DNA from: Antedon mediterranea | Taxonomy: Eukaryota; Animalia; Echinodermata | DNA: 64,000 nucleotides | Direction: 5' to 3' | Assembly: GCF_964355755.1 (NCBI RefSeq) | Contig: NC_092678.1 | Span: 18,617,365-18,681,364 of the forward strand | Shown: positions 20,201 to 31,200 of the stretch, in pieces | Layout: each line of letters starts with the position of its first letter | How positions within the stretch are numbered: the first letter of the stretch is position 1 | Made by a program: the position numbers and the translations under genes | The notes under the pieces: generated by a model | The model's input: the letters and a program-made list of their open reading frames with translations, nothing else | The model's database searches: none | What the model was told of the DNA's origin: nothing

Positions 20201-22168
20201 CATTTGTGATCGGTATTGGCTTAACGTCGTGTCCCAATTGCTGCATCGTGGTAGCCATTCTTCTACATTACTTTGTTCTCACAACACTTTTCTGGATGCT
20301 TGTTGAAGCTGTTAATATGTATCTGAAGTTTGTTGTGATATTTTACGAGGAAACACGTTCTTTCATGTTGAAGTCAGCCGTACTTGGCTGGGGTAAGTCT
20401 CTTATTCAAATATTTATGAGAAAATAAATGTACTTACATTTATAATGTTTATACTTATCTAGGCTATACTGAACTTGAAAATTAGAGAAATATAAAGACA
20501 TTTCCAAAACTTTAAATCGTGAATGTGAAATCGATAATTTCTGATAAAATGCAAATCATGGTAAAGTTGTGTGAAAAAAATCGTCCCGATCTTAGACGAA
20601 CGAAGGATTAGCCAATCATTTGAACACACATAATTTTAGCTGGGTTGTTATCTTCTTACGCTTACCTAATCCATGAAGTGAATAATTTTCAATTTAAACC
20701 AATCGGCGTGTCATAGCTTTTGCCGAATAAATTATCGTTATCTTAAAATCATAGAAACTATTACTAACAATAACTAGAACGGCACTTCGAGAGTGCGTAC
20801 CTCCGCCTACTTTAAAATTCTATTCACCGTAACAAAAATTGTATTTGTTTGTTGTGTCTTAATGCTGGTGTGACTAATTTTACTACAACCATATGTATGC
20901 GAATTTAGTGTAATAGTTATGTAACCAGCCTTTCAACTAAAAATAGTTTCAGTTTACTAACAATTGAACAGCAACGCCAAAAACAAACGAATTAATTTGA
21001 AAAGAAGTAGATTTTAAAAACTACTCGTATCAATATCAATAAGCGCGTCAATCTAAATAGCGCCCTCTCATATGTTAAACCTTGTGATATTCATACGATC
21101 TCAAGACTATCGATAATCAATGGCAAAATGTATAAGTATATATACATACTTGCTCTGTATTGTTGTTATCGTACTGATACATTTTTGTGACATAAATAAA
21201 AACCCAAACAAAAAATTGTGAAATAGAACGACTCCTGTAGACTATTTTCGCTCATTTTTGTTAATATATATTATTGTTCAACAGTTCTTCCAGTATTACC
21301 AGTTACAATCATTGCAGCTGTTAATTTTAAAGGAACATATTCAAATGAACATTAGTAAGTTTCTAATATTTACCAGATTTATTTTTTTAATACACGAGCA
21401 ACCATCTAAGCATAGAATGAATGAAGTAAATTCTGTTAATAACGTTTATCTAGTAACAATCAATCGCCTTTGATTATTTCTTCAAATTTCTCCACAGCGG
21501 TTTCCGATAATGATTTAAATTCCAAGGCCAAATTCCAAATACCTAGCGCGCCCTCAATCTCATATTTGTTCCTGAACTATGAGGGAGACGTTGTTCCCCG
21601 TGGGCCACCTTCAATTTCCCAATGCTTTATAGTTTAATTAAAACTTCTTTTTATTTTTAGTTGTTTTATGAAACCTGGACCCGCGTTATACGGTGGGATA
21701 TTAGCCATCTCAGCCATCATCCTCGCGATTAATTTCGTCTTATACACACTGATCATTCGTAAACTGACCTGTCGACGAATAATGACCACAGCAAACACGG
21801 CTAACGATAAAGAACTGCCTGTGCGGCGGGTGAGAAACGCCATAGCGATAATGATGCTGCTTGGTTTAACGTGGATCTTCGGTTTCTTCGCCGTGGATTC
21901 TTCTAAGGGAAATCGAATCCTGTTTCAATCGTTGTTCTGTGTGTGTAATTCTTTGCAAGGATTCTTTATTTTCGTATTGTTTTGTGCTCGGCGTAAGGAC
22001 GTAAGAGATGCGTGGGCGAAATGCTGCTGCCATTGCAGAGGGTTCTTTACCAGATCAGCATCAGAACAACGCTATACAAGCGTAGAGAAGACAACAGATG
22101 CTACAAATACCCAGACGAGTGGTGGTGGACTTGGATTGATTGTCCCCATTCCCTTAACTACTCGCTAA
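2149..22168 (+). CDS. Adhesion GPCR paralog 1 (ADGRG2/4/6-like 7TM), 14 coding exons, ~880 aa: signal peptide - unknown ~188-aa module - HormR-like - GAIN/GPS - 7TM
   Basis: Manual join 2149-2230,4250-4428,6081-6238,11838-12016,12661-12708,14696-14803,15088-15179,17902-18048,18224-18763,18980-19135,19686-19798,20130-20392,21285-21354,21661-22168 = 2643 nt, open frame, all GT-AG. GPS motif CVFWD..GDWSNEGC..CFCDHL|TNFAVIL; TM motifs LHYFVLTTLFWMLVEAVNMY, LLGLTWIFGFF, NSLQGFFIF. Confidence 0.92.
2720..2890 (+). mobile_element. tRNA-derived SINE fragment
   Basis: Box A-like TGGCGAGCG, box B-like GGTTCGAAC, followed by GTAAGGACTATAAAC, a body motif I associate with invertebrate SINEs. Confidence 0.5.
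3018..3988 (+). mobile_element. 5'-truncated LINE (3' end of RT ORF with C-terminal Cys/His knuckle), polyA tail, TSD AGCACACC
   Basis: VRPLMEYAAPVW..IQ..AGRICTGA..ELGWLSLEKRR..WN..HTRIRLG..CTCC..E..HFLCYCP; 3'UTR hairpin GAGGCGCCTT/AAGGCGCCTC; AATAAA plus A-run; AGCACACC at 3010-3017 and 3988-3995. Confidence 0.88.
3989..4110 (-). mobile_element. SINE fragment interrupted by the LINE insertion
   Basis: The reverse complement reads as a SINE-like body (CTTCGGATGGGACGTAAA..ACGTAAAAGAAC); the TSD shows continuity with the sequence ending at 3017. Confidence 0.4.
4250..4428 (+). CDS. Gene 1 exon 2, unknown module part 1
   Basis: tacag|GA TGG ATT CCA; GWIPVFKGVSG...HFKSPLIERW; 179 nt in all three paralogs. 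Confidence 0.9.
4522..4910 (+). repeat. Dispersed repeat (AACTAGAA..GAGAGTGC start), second copy at 20772-21010
   Basis: Shared blocks CTAGAA.G.CACT.CGAGAGTGC, ATGTAACCAGCCTTT.AACTAA.AATAGTTTC, AACAGCAACGC. Confidence 0.65.
6081..6238 (+). CDS. Gene 1 exon 3, unknown module part 2
   Basis: cacag|VKIVFYENGEE...WFAQDR..SS..FSIKG|gtatg; 158 nt in all paralogs. Confidence 0.9.
6500..6750 (-). mobile_element. RTE-clade LINE 3' fragment
   Basis: IKRRRLKWYGHIIR..KRPVGRPRNNW..IKKDL, the typical RTE ORF C-terminus. Confidence 0.8.
7155..7545. repeat. Pyrimidine-rich ~40-bp tandem repeat
   Basis: About 9 copies of TTTTTGTCCTTTGTTTCTTCTTTTTCATTTCTTTTTTTTC. Confidence 0.9.
8219..9012 (-). mobile_element. 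Helentron-associated (DINE-1/HINE-like) non-autonomous element
   Basis: Minus strand starts TTTTTAGTCGCGTG with a short hairpin, has (GTCT/GTCG)n microsatellite blocks duplicated at 8270-8325 and 8925-8975, sub-terminal inverted repeats AGTCGCGTG (8239) / CACGCGACT (8999), and ends GGCCTTGTT. Confidence 0.7.
9546..11049 (+). mobile_element. Helitron-like non-autonomous element with GC-rich 3' hairpin ending CTAG; internal ~235-bp tandem duplication
   Basis: End CTAGATGGTACGCGAGCGAAGCGAGCGTACCATCTAG; inverted homolog at 40860-42305; duplicated unit ~10213-10448 / 10448-10665. Confidence 0.65.
11333..11371 (+). ncRNA. Minimal hammerhead ribozyme-like motif in a Penelope-like repeat remnant
   Basis: GCA-CTGATGA-AGGTC..GCCC-GAAAC-CTC-TGC: core boxes CUGANGA and GAAA, NUH site, 3-bp stem I; stems II and III imperfect. 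Confidence 0.5.
11838..12016 (+). CDS. Gene 1 exon 4, unknown module part 3
   Basis: ttcag|DSDTVRRHFFSNKEYFKCETDFGWTVVV..CEWERKQPDYPLMLYSP..W|gtaag; absent from the ORF track. Confidence 0.88.
12163..12380 (+). repeat. Dispersed repeat fragment, second copy at 31568-31725
   Basis: Shared TGGCCTAAGACG.CCTAGGC.AAGTTT.CGGCTTTCGCTCT..GTGAAAT..ATTGCAGGCGA. Confidence 0.7.
12661..12708 (+). CDS. Gene 1 exon 5, end of unknown module
   Basis: 48-nt exon DAGIADFMAIFLKFS; homologs at 37272 and 48682. Confidence 0.85.
12870..13080. repeat. Degenerate 11-bp minisatellite (CCGACTATTCT), resuming at 14330-14595
   Basis: Repeated GACTATTCTCC / GACTAATCTCC units on both sides of the LINE insert. Confidence 0.7.
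13090..13960 (+). mobile_element. 5'-truncated CR1/L2-group LINE (RT C-terminal part)
   Basis: WLIDNRLTIHPGKTECILLG..VRYLGVQID..ALIQPLFYYASPAW..LQTTQNK..KAWNAIP..FKLSLKKHL. Confidence 0.85.
14342..14448 (+). mobile_element. Short HINE/DINE-1-like element
   Basis: TTTAGTCGCGTGCAACG..CACTATGTCGGTCGGTTGGTC..TATATGGCCTTGTT; relatives at 33725-33819 (-) and 56810-57120. Confidence 0.65.
14696..14803 (+). CDS. Gene 1 exon 6, HormR-like part 1
   Basis: TCSHDVVLLNGVTYTFE..AHSLELC, phase 1-1. Confidence 0.85.
15088..15179 (+). CDS. Gene 1 exon 7, HormR-like part 2
   Basis: PLALRMCSGGAWEEITVETC..LAK|gtaaag. Confidence 0.85.
15390..15735. repeat. 18-bp minisatellite (CTGACCATCACGATTCAT), continued at 17457-17622
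   Basis: Tandem units visible on both sides of the L2-like insert. Confidence 0.85.
15738..17450 (-). mobile_element. 5'-truncated L2-clade LINE with near-intact reverse transcriptase (one frameshift near 17170)
   Basis: KSCRLDPVPT, NYRLVSNLPFLGK, LLDLSAAFDTVDH, GVPQGSVIGP, YADDTQIY, LHWLPV; (TTA)n-like tail at ~15740. Confidence 0.93.
17902..18048 (+). CDS. Gene 1 exon 8, GAIN subdomain A start
   Basis: VKITEENAEKV..EDVALIL; 147 nt in all paralogs. Confidence 0.88.
18224..18763 (+). CDS. Gene 1 exon 9, GAIN domain
   Basis: TSIALPPE..VSFIVYQTSKLF..VGSRVISATV, typical GAIN motifs. Confidence 0.92.
18980..19135 (+). CDS. Gene 1 exon 10, GPS motif and Stachel
   Basis: CVFWDFELENGQGDWSNEGC..CFCDHLTNFAVIL. 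Confidence 0.93.
19686..19798 (+). CDS. Gene 1 exon 11, TM1
   Basis: DYHGQ..LSFISIIGCSVSIACLIFTIITF. Confidence 0.9.
20130..20392 (+). CDS. Gene 1 exon 12, TM2-TM4
   Basis: LRGKRPQRILVNLC..LHYFVLTTLFWMLVEA..GW. Confidence 0.93.
21285..21354 (+). CDS. Gene 1 exon 13, TM4-ECL2
   Basis: LPVLPVTIIAAVNFKGTYSNEH; 70 nt in all paralogs. Confidence 0.88.
21661..22168 (+). CDS. Gene 1 exon 14, TM5-TM7 and C-tail
   Basis: CFMKPG..LLGLTWIFGFF..NSLQGFFIFVLFC..stop. Confidence 0.9.
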
Positions 22169-22737
22169 GTGGCTCCAACTTAAACTGCTCACCACTACAA
22201 ATAATGAAATGTAAATGAAATATGTTCAGGAGTGGAAATAGAAGATTCAATTAGGTTGAAGCCCGCCCTCTATAATTCATTCATCCGCCATGCATAATAC
22301 ACTTACATTTGTTCATGCTCTTTTTAATGATTCAATCCATTCAACACACAGTCATTGTTTTATTATTACACACACCTGATGTATTATTACATTTTTTACT
22401 GTTTTTCGATTTTCAGCACAAAACCTCACCGCTTGAATAGGATGTAAAAAGTTAGCCTAAGACTATAAGTTTTCCCGCGGAGAAGGCGCACTCAGTAGTT
22501 CATTCATTGGAAGATTGACTGCTCTTTTTAACTCGGCTTCGTTTTGTTAAATAGAGCAGTCAATCTTTTAACTGAGGAAATGTTTACCACTCAACCCCAT
22601 TATTTGTTTAAACTTAGGTGAAGTATTTTCTAAACACAACAAGATTAAACATTGACAACAAATTCATCGAAATAATTCCAGCAAGTTCAAATCTTGCCCA
22701 TTGTTTTGAAATACCACTAAATTCGATATCAATCTTA

Positions 22738-23661
22738 GGGTCTGTTTCTGCTGAAAAAATCGAAATAATCAATTTTTTCCAGTCACCGCAAACCACAAAA
22801 ATAATCGCGTTGCAATTGAAAATTGCTACGACTTTAATCGGTTATTCAGGTAATCGGTTTTTAAAATCACGTCATCATTCCCCCACAGCGCAGTTCAAGT
22901 TATGAAAGGCCAATGAGAGTTGGTTTGTTTACATCCTATCGCTGCCTAAAACTCTCACCATATAATATCTCTATGCTCTCACATGTAGGATTAAAAATTA
23001 CTCTTACCTAAAGCTATATTATTTGTAAAATAAACATCTAGGCCTACTACCGTACCACATACAACAGAATAATGATGTTATATTAATAAGGACACGTCGG
23101 CGAAAAAAGTTCGTTTCGCCGTTCGTTGGTTCTACCTTCGGCCTGCTAGGCCTATAGGCTATATATTTCTACCGAAACAAGTCAACAGACAACAGGCCTA
23201 AAAAATGACATGTAAAACATCGTTAGCCTGGACTGGTGGTATGTAACGGGTGTACTTGTAATACAGAATCCTGAAGTCTCTCGGTATAATTCTCCCCCAC
23301 AAAATAATAAAAATCAAATGTTTAACATTTGATTGTTATTCGGTCTACATCCCGATCGTTGTTTTGCTGATCGTCGTCGATATCGCGCAAATAAACAGCA
23401 TGCTTTGTGAAGTGAAGTTTGTCATACTCTAGAGGTCAAAGTGAGGTCAATAATCGCTATTTGTGTTGCAGCTCAAAACTGCTCCGCAATAATCGGTTAA
23501 AACAAGAAATAATCGATTAAAACACGCAATGGATTGAGTGTTTTTAATCGGTTATTTTTAATCGGTTATTTTATTTTGCGCCGTTTCTGCTGCCCAAAAA
23601 TAATCGATTAAAAAAATAAACGGTTAATAATCGATTATTTCTGCTCAGCAGAAACAGGCCC
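22738..23661. mobile_element. PIF/Harbinger-like non-autonomous transposon between genes 1 and 2
   Basis: TIRs GGGTCTGTTTCTGCTG / CAGCAGAAACAGGCCC, TTA target duplication on both sides, subterminal TAATCG(G/A)TT repeats. Confidence 0.8.
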
Positions 23662-24680
23662 TTAGAATGACTCTTTCGATTTCAATTACAAAGCAGTTAG
23701 TTATTAGTCATATGACAGTAAGAAAACAGAAATGTTCCATGCAAAGATAATATCACAACAATATGTAAAGAAAAAAAGTATTTTTATTTAATATTAGAAA
23801 ATATAAGAATTACCCAACATATGTGTGGAATAATTTTAGTTAGAAGATTAATATTATATACCAAATGTTAGTAAAGTTAGTAAATGAAAACAGTAGGCTT
23901 ATAATTATGCATGTAGATTAAATGAGTGTCGATAGAATTTGGATTTTCTCTTCTATAATACAAACGTTGTTTGCGTTTGTAGTTAATCGCGTAGTGTGTA
24001 TTGTAATGTAATTTATATCCAGAATACTTAAAATCCCAAAATGTTCGCGGCCCGTAATTTTCGCGATTTTACATTTTTAACTATTTCCAGACCTTTTTTT
24101 CTTGATTTGACTTTCTTAGCTTATCGTTTTATTAAGTTAAATCTGAATTAACAGAGAGAAGAGAGCTTTGAAACGGAATTTAAGTGTATGGTCCTATATT
24201 TAATTAATAATAATTCAGAAATTATCGTCCATGTTTCAAACAAAAGTATGTGGTATATTATGTAATTTGTTATTTCACTATTCAACGAGGGGGGGGGGGG
24301 ATTTCAATGATATTTCCAAAGTTTTCCTGTAATGCTGATAACGCCATGAACAATCGGAAATCACACCCAAACTACTAAAAGCGATGGGCGAAGAGATCGA
24401 GAGCAAGGTGGGTTTCTCTTCCAGATCATCATATACTGTAATAATACATTTTTTTTCTTCGAACTGAGTTCAGTGGTTGGTACGCGCGTACTGTCACATC
24501 AACATTTAAAAACGGTTAAGTACGAATGTCATTACAGTAAGTCATCTTGCGCACGCACGTCGCAGACGAGTAAGCTTGCGTACCGGTAGCGATGATGATT
24601 CTTAAAAAAACTTTGCATTCTCACGTTTTAAATTCTAGTCTCTTTGATAGTGTACTGTAATGTTTGTTTTTTTATATATA

Positions 24681-24893
24681 GTGATATTACCTCATTGTTT
24701 GTCATTTAAAAAGTACAAAGCAAATTTTAACGACAATTGGTTGATGACGAATATAACTACAGTGTAAATACTTTCGTTTTCTGGACAGGTAACTCGCAAG
24801 TATTAAATGGTTCACTGATTTCTATAAATAAAACACCGATAATTGGTTATCATGAGTTCTTTTATACCACGACGACACGAAGGTTTTATCTCA
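24681..24893 (+). promoter_or_regulatory. Conserved non-coding block ~225 bp upstream of the gene 2 ATG, TATAAATA at 24823-24830
   Basis: Paralogous to 837-1047; function inferred from position. Confidence 0.5.
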
Positions 24894-25116
24894 GTGTTAA
24901 AACCAACTAAATAGAACGCAAAGTTATAGTATACAACGGCATTGAAGCCCCATTGAAGTAATCATCAGCGTTTGACAGACATCTGACTGGTATTGTTTAA
25001 AACACAAGCGGACGTTATTAAGTCTCATTGTTATATCGCTTCCACCCAAAATACGATTGCCATATTTACGACCACTTACATACTGACAGTTTAAATATAG
25101 CGTCGAGCTGATCAAA

Positions 25117-25201
25117 ATGAGGAAAGGAGGTCTTAATTGTCCCCGTTCGTGGCTGCTGTTTTATGTTTTAATCTTCGGAGTACAGAGTCAGGAAGAAATA
25201 G
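25117..25201 (+). CDS. Gene 2 exon 1, signal peptide
   Basis: gatcaaaATG context shared with gene 3; MRKGGLNCPRSWLLFYVLIFGVQSQEEI G|gtagg. Confidence 0.78.
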
Positions 25202-28200
25202 GTAGGCGTGCATTGTAATTGTTATAACAACTCGGGTGTAGGCCTATATATAATAGCATATTTCGTAACATATAATGGTTTTAGCCTACGGTAGTTTAGC
25301 AACAGGTGCAGGTCAGGAATTTCTGAAAGGGTCAGGAAGGGAATAGATGATAATACTAATAAATAATCGTAGCCTAGAATATATAACCGTATAGTTTACT
25401 CGTTGGGATATAGTTTGTTATCTTAAATATTCATTTACATACGTTGTAAACCTGTTTTCAACACGTTCTGTACGCGCGCGCCATTTAGATGACTACGCGC
25501 GTGCCATTTAGATGATTACGCGCGCAATAGTGATGATATGGGAGCGGTTGGAATTTGTTTTTCTTGTGGAATTAATTTGCTTTTCAAAAGTTTATTTTCG
25601 TACGAAACCTTAGCCTACGCTTACATGTATATAACTATCATTTGAATTAAAACTGAAGACATAATTATCTTTTTTATGTTTGGAAATAGACGTTTTCATT
25701 GCGAATTTAAGTTTTGAATAATAGTATATATAACAATTCATTAATTTATTTTGTCAAAATCAATTCCAACAATAAGGACGTCAAGAACAAGAATAAAAAC
25801 CATACAGAAGAAAATGTAATTGTATAATTGAATTGGTAATTAAATACATCATTAATCATTAAAAACAAAAAAAGAAAACATGAGTTCAAATATTGCAGGT
25901 TACATTTATTTAAACTGTATACAGTAGCAACATGTTTTTATAATGGTAATGTTTTTAGTATTTGATTAATTCGTTTTAATTTATAATTAATATTCAAATT
26001 AATTTACCTCTTCCCTGGTTTAATCATATTACGTAATACTGTACTGTAATAGCTATACTTACTCGGCCTACACTGCATTGTGTTATGAGATGTTTGGGTT
26101 ATTTTATAGATAAGGAATGAAGGCATGCGTTAAACAAAACAGAGCGTTCCGATCAAAGCTCGTTGTTTCTTTAGAAATCCAAGGAAGGGCACAACGTTTA
26201 CTTTGTTTGAAAATGGTCGGGAATTGAACATTGTCGCTTGAACAGATTTTCTAGATGAATGGTTTTAATAAAATTATTGTGCTAAATGACGTATTTAAGC
26301 GAAGCGTACTCCTGTGATGGTAGAGACTTATAGTTATAGTCAGCACACCTCACAAACCTTTCAGAGATGTAGAGGTGTTATTCTATATGCATCTTCAAAA
26401 CCACACGAAAAACAAATCAAGAAAACAGCCATAAAAAGATATAAAGGAAACGAAGATGAACTTAATAGATTGTGTCCCCTATAATTATAAATTATAAATA
26501 TGATAAGAATCTTATTACGGAGTAAAAAAAAAAGAGAAAACTTAACTAGTTGTCCTGGATTGGTAAGCCTACTGTATCAAAGCTTAGTGGGAAGCCCGAT
26601 GGGAAATATTGAAATAAAGCTTCAATTCAAAGTTAGATAGATCTACGTCTATATAGTTTTGGCTTGATATTCGACCTTTGAACTTACAAGGTATTTGTTG
26701 CTGCAATTAAAAAAAGTAATCAAATAGTAACTGATATTTAAATGACTAAAATTAATTTAAATAAAAACGTTACTAGTTGTAAGATTTCTACCTTAAAAAC
26801 TTAAGAGCTTTAAACCGTAAAACACTATTACAAACTGATTTATGACTATTTATAGAAGCATAACAATGTTACTGAAAACGGAACCATAAATAAATAGTTT
26901 AGTTGATTCTATTATTTTTACAATAAAGACAATTTAAATGTGTCAAAAAAAGTAGGCTACATCCTCCATGGCGATACACTGTCTTCTGTTGTCTATAGAA
27001 TTTTTCAGTAACTTTATTTTCAACTTAACGTATCTATCTACTTATCTTACAATGATAAAGCGAAATGCATGTTTACGTTTGTTTGTTTATTTGTTTTTAC
27101 TACACACACATTGTATAAAAAGTAAGAACAGTAAATGAAGTACTAAATATAGAAAACAGTAATTATAGTTACTGGTACAGTTAGAATTAGTTTTACATTC
27201 AAACAAATTAACAGAAAAAAAGAAACAAAATTCAATTAAATCAATTAGTTAATTAATTTTAATTAAGGTCCTAACTAGTCGCAAAATATTGAGGGAAAAA
27301 ACAGTCCTAGGCCTTTATTATAGTTGTTAAATATGTGTACACGTTATGCAGACCATTAGTGTTTTAATATTTCCCAGAAGTATAATGTCTAGATATTGTA
27401 TTATGACAAAAAAACAGGAGTCAAAGGTCAACTCCATAACCAACTAATTATGTTCTATTTAATGAGAGAAAAAAACATACACCTTTTTTTAATGAAGGAC
27501 AACAATTATGAAGACTTGGGTTTTGGTGCAATTTTGTTAATTATCATATATTGTTTCATTTATTTCAATGAGATATCAGGTCGGTATGCCTCGGTCTATG
27601 GCGCGCCAAGCTGGCATTTATTATTATAAGTTTTAGTTTGAAACTTAGACTAATGTAATCGGATAATGATATTTGAAATAATGTTAAGAAAAAGACATTT
27701 ATTGAATTCTACTTCCTTTTATTTATAACATAAAAAAAGTGTATTATTACCCCTGTAGCATACATATTATTATTTCTAAGGCCTATATAATCGAGTAACA
27801 TTTAAGGTTGTTTTCTAAGTTGTAACATAAATAAAAATAATAAATAATAAATAAAAACCTATACCATTCGTCATAAATATTTGTTGTTTATTAATAATAT
27901 TTAAACAAAAGTTTATTAATATATCTCAGTAGCATACGATACATATTGTTATTATTATTTTTTTTTAAACACACACACAGCTAGTCCTACACTATCCTGC
28001 GTAGAATCATATAAGGAGTCGTAAATATCTTTCATTGTTTACGCATCTTTCACATCATTTAGGACGATTACTGTATGTCAAATTCACACCGTTTTTCATG
28101 TATCATTGTATATAGTTTTAAAAAAAAAAGCATATAAAAATAGAAGTCAGGTTGAATTTAGGGGATTTTATTTTCAGACACTTTAATTGTGTTTTTCCTG

Positions 28201-31200
28201 GAATCACCCTATTTAAAGACCTGGTGATCTTCCGTATTAATCCAACTATGTTCACAGAATGGAATCTGATATGACACATTAACTACATCACTGGATGTTT
28301 GTGTTATTAGTAGGAACACAGCTCAGTGTTTAGATCCGTTTCTTTAGAGTTATGTATAATTTAGCATCGTGTATTTTCTTTATCTGTAGAAATTCGCAAT
28401 TCATTTCCTAAGAATACATACCTACTCATCATCTTAATGCGTTTGTTGTTAACGGAAGTAATATAATACAAATTAATAAAGGGAAAGTGATCATCTAACG
28501 TTTTGAATGACTAACAATATATTTGGTGGTGTTTACTATTTACTAAGTATAGACCACCACTATTAATAAAAAACAATCACAGCAATTATTTTGTTTACAG
28601 ACTATGTAAAACATAGGCCTAAAGTTATGCGAATGACCACCAAACCTCTCTTTTTCGGCGTAAACAAATGTGGGATTTAATTTATTAATTTACATAACAT
28701 AGCAATAGTAAAGAGTATAAAAAGTAGAATTTTCATGTGCACACCAGGGTTTTGTGGGGTTAATTTATAGGGCCGATTATCAGTATGGCGCTGTATTTTT
28801 ATGTGTCCAGTATCAGGAAAATAATATAATGTTTATAATGTAATATCAGTGTTATGACAAGTGCTGTATCGAATAGGAAATACACTTTCCTAAACACAGG
28901 CGCCACATATGTGACACTGTATTACATAATTTGCCTATTGCAATGATAACATAATGCCATTTGGTGAAACAGTCCTTCAATTACATTTTTAAACACTCAC
29001 TGTATTAACACTGTTTAATACATCACACAACATGCACTTCTTCAATAACTCTGGTACAAATGTAAACGAACAACAAGTACAATCGTATACTATATCATGT
29101 CTATCACTATTTGTTTGTATTATTATATCATGTTTGAGATGTTCAGCGATATCACACACGTGTGTACTGACGTCGATGTAAACAAAAATCCAACTTACTG
29201 AGTGTAAAGGCATTTTGAGTAACATTTTGGTCGACGACCACCCACAGATTTAACCGGTTATTTCGGAGCACAAATTGATCAGAAACGCGGTCCCGTTATT
29301 TTTATCTCTTTTTAATCGATTTTTAAATAACCGGTTAATTTGCGTTATGCAGCAGAAATAGATCAAAATCAAATTGCGGTAGAGCAAATTATTTCCGTAT
29401 TGTCTTCAAATACTTACGTATACGTAGACGTATAAATCATTTTCAATTAGACTACTCATGGCATTTCAAAGTAACAATAACGTAACTTATAATTCAATCA
29501 ATACAACAAACAGTACGTAATGATCAATTATTTTATAAATACTCGCTGATTTTTTATTGCTATTAATACATGCTTAAATATCCCGTTAAATATGCCTACC
29601 AACATGGCTGACGTCATCACCCCATGGAAAACATCGGGTTAATGCCCTAGTTCAGACTGCCGTTTAAGCATAGAGGAAATAGTTATGATAATAGGACCCA
29701 AGTTAATTCATGGTTAGAGTAATAAAAAATATTTAATTATATTCTGTACAATACTTATACAAAATATACATAAGCTTAATACTATTATGGTACCAATTGT
29801 TGAAGTCATATGATTATTGTATTGATTGAGTTAGTAGAAAATATAGTTTCATTCTAAGAAAGGCGAGCACAATGGCAAAAACGTTGGTAAAATAGGCCCA
29901 CAGTACCTTATCTATCTCAGATGAAACGTAGATTTGATAATATTAGTATTTATCACTAACCATGCACATTAGCCTACATTATGCATATATTAGTATAGTT
30001 AGTTTGCTATTTATACGTATAACACATCGATTATTACTATTTACACTAAAATAAGTTGATGGCTATAACGTCAAAAGAACATGCGAAGGAAGCACTATGC
30101 ATCTCTCCTGTGAAGAGGGTGGTACCTTGGACATCGAAAGTGCACTATACGGACGAACCAGTCGACAACTTTGTCCACATTCTAGCCAGAATCTGCCGTG
30201 TGACGGAGTCGACGGGCTCCAAATAGTGCGCGCAGCCTGCCAAGACGAAAACGCATGCTCTGTTGGCGCAAGAAATGGTGTGTTTGGTGACCCTTGTGTA
30301 GGAGTATACAAATATCTTGAAGTGTCATACAGGTGTGTAAGACGTAAAGGTGAGCTTCAAAAAACCGGAAAGTAATGCTATGACGTCACATTTGCCATCA
30401 GTTTGCTATCTGCTAGCTTTTTATTAAATCGATGATGTTGGTGGTGGGTAGAATTTTTACAATTCTAACTCAATTAAATATTTCATAGTAGTCATACATT
30501 TAAAAAAAATAATATTTTAAATTTTTTAAATTTTTGTCAAACATTGCCTCTAAGTGCGAACTTTGTTCCTGTAAGAGTTTTTTAAACAAAAAGAAATAAA
30601 ACACATACATCATCAGGAATACTAACAAGCATATATTATGTCTATTGATATTAATATTTTGTTTCTTCTTATCCTGCTTTTAATCATTATACGCGTATTT
30701 ATAAATTATTATTAATTATTATAAAATTGATATTATCTTTACAATTGACCGCTTTTTGACGCTTACTGATAGTATTTTTCATATAGATTTGATTAAATAT
30801 TCCATTTAAAATATTAAACGAATCAAAATGTTATAAAGACGGCAAATTATTAAGCTAACACATTTTTTGTCTTGCTATCAAATTTCAGAACATACACGTA
30901 AGATAATGCATAGAAAAAAATGTTTGATACTATGACAATTGTTGTGACCGCAAACTTTGAATAAGACCTTATTGCAAAAGCATAATGCATCTTGCACTAA
31001 CACGTTTTAAAATGCTTAAAATAATCATGAAGTGGCCTTTTTTTCACACTCGACTCGTGATATAGGTCTACTGTAATTTAAAGTAAATTATGGAAGAATC
31101 GAAATAAACGAGTTATTGTATGATTTTCGAAGTTTTTGTTTGGTGAATTGCTGACGTAAATGAATATTGGTTTTTACAGGATGGATTCCAGTGTTTAAGG

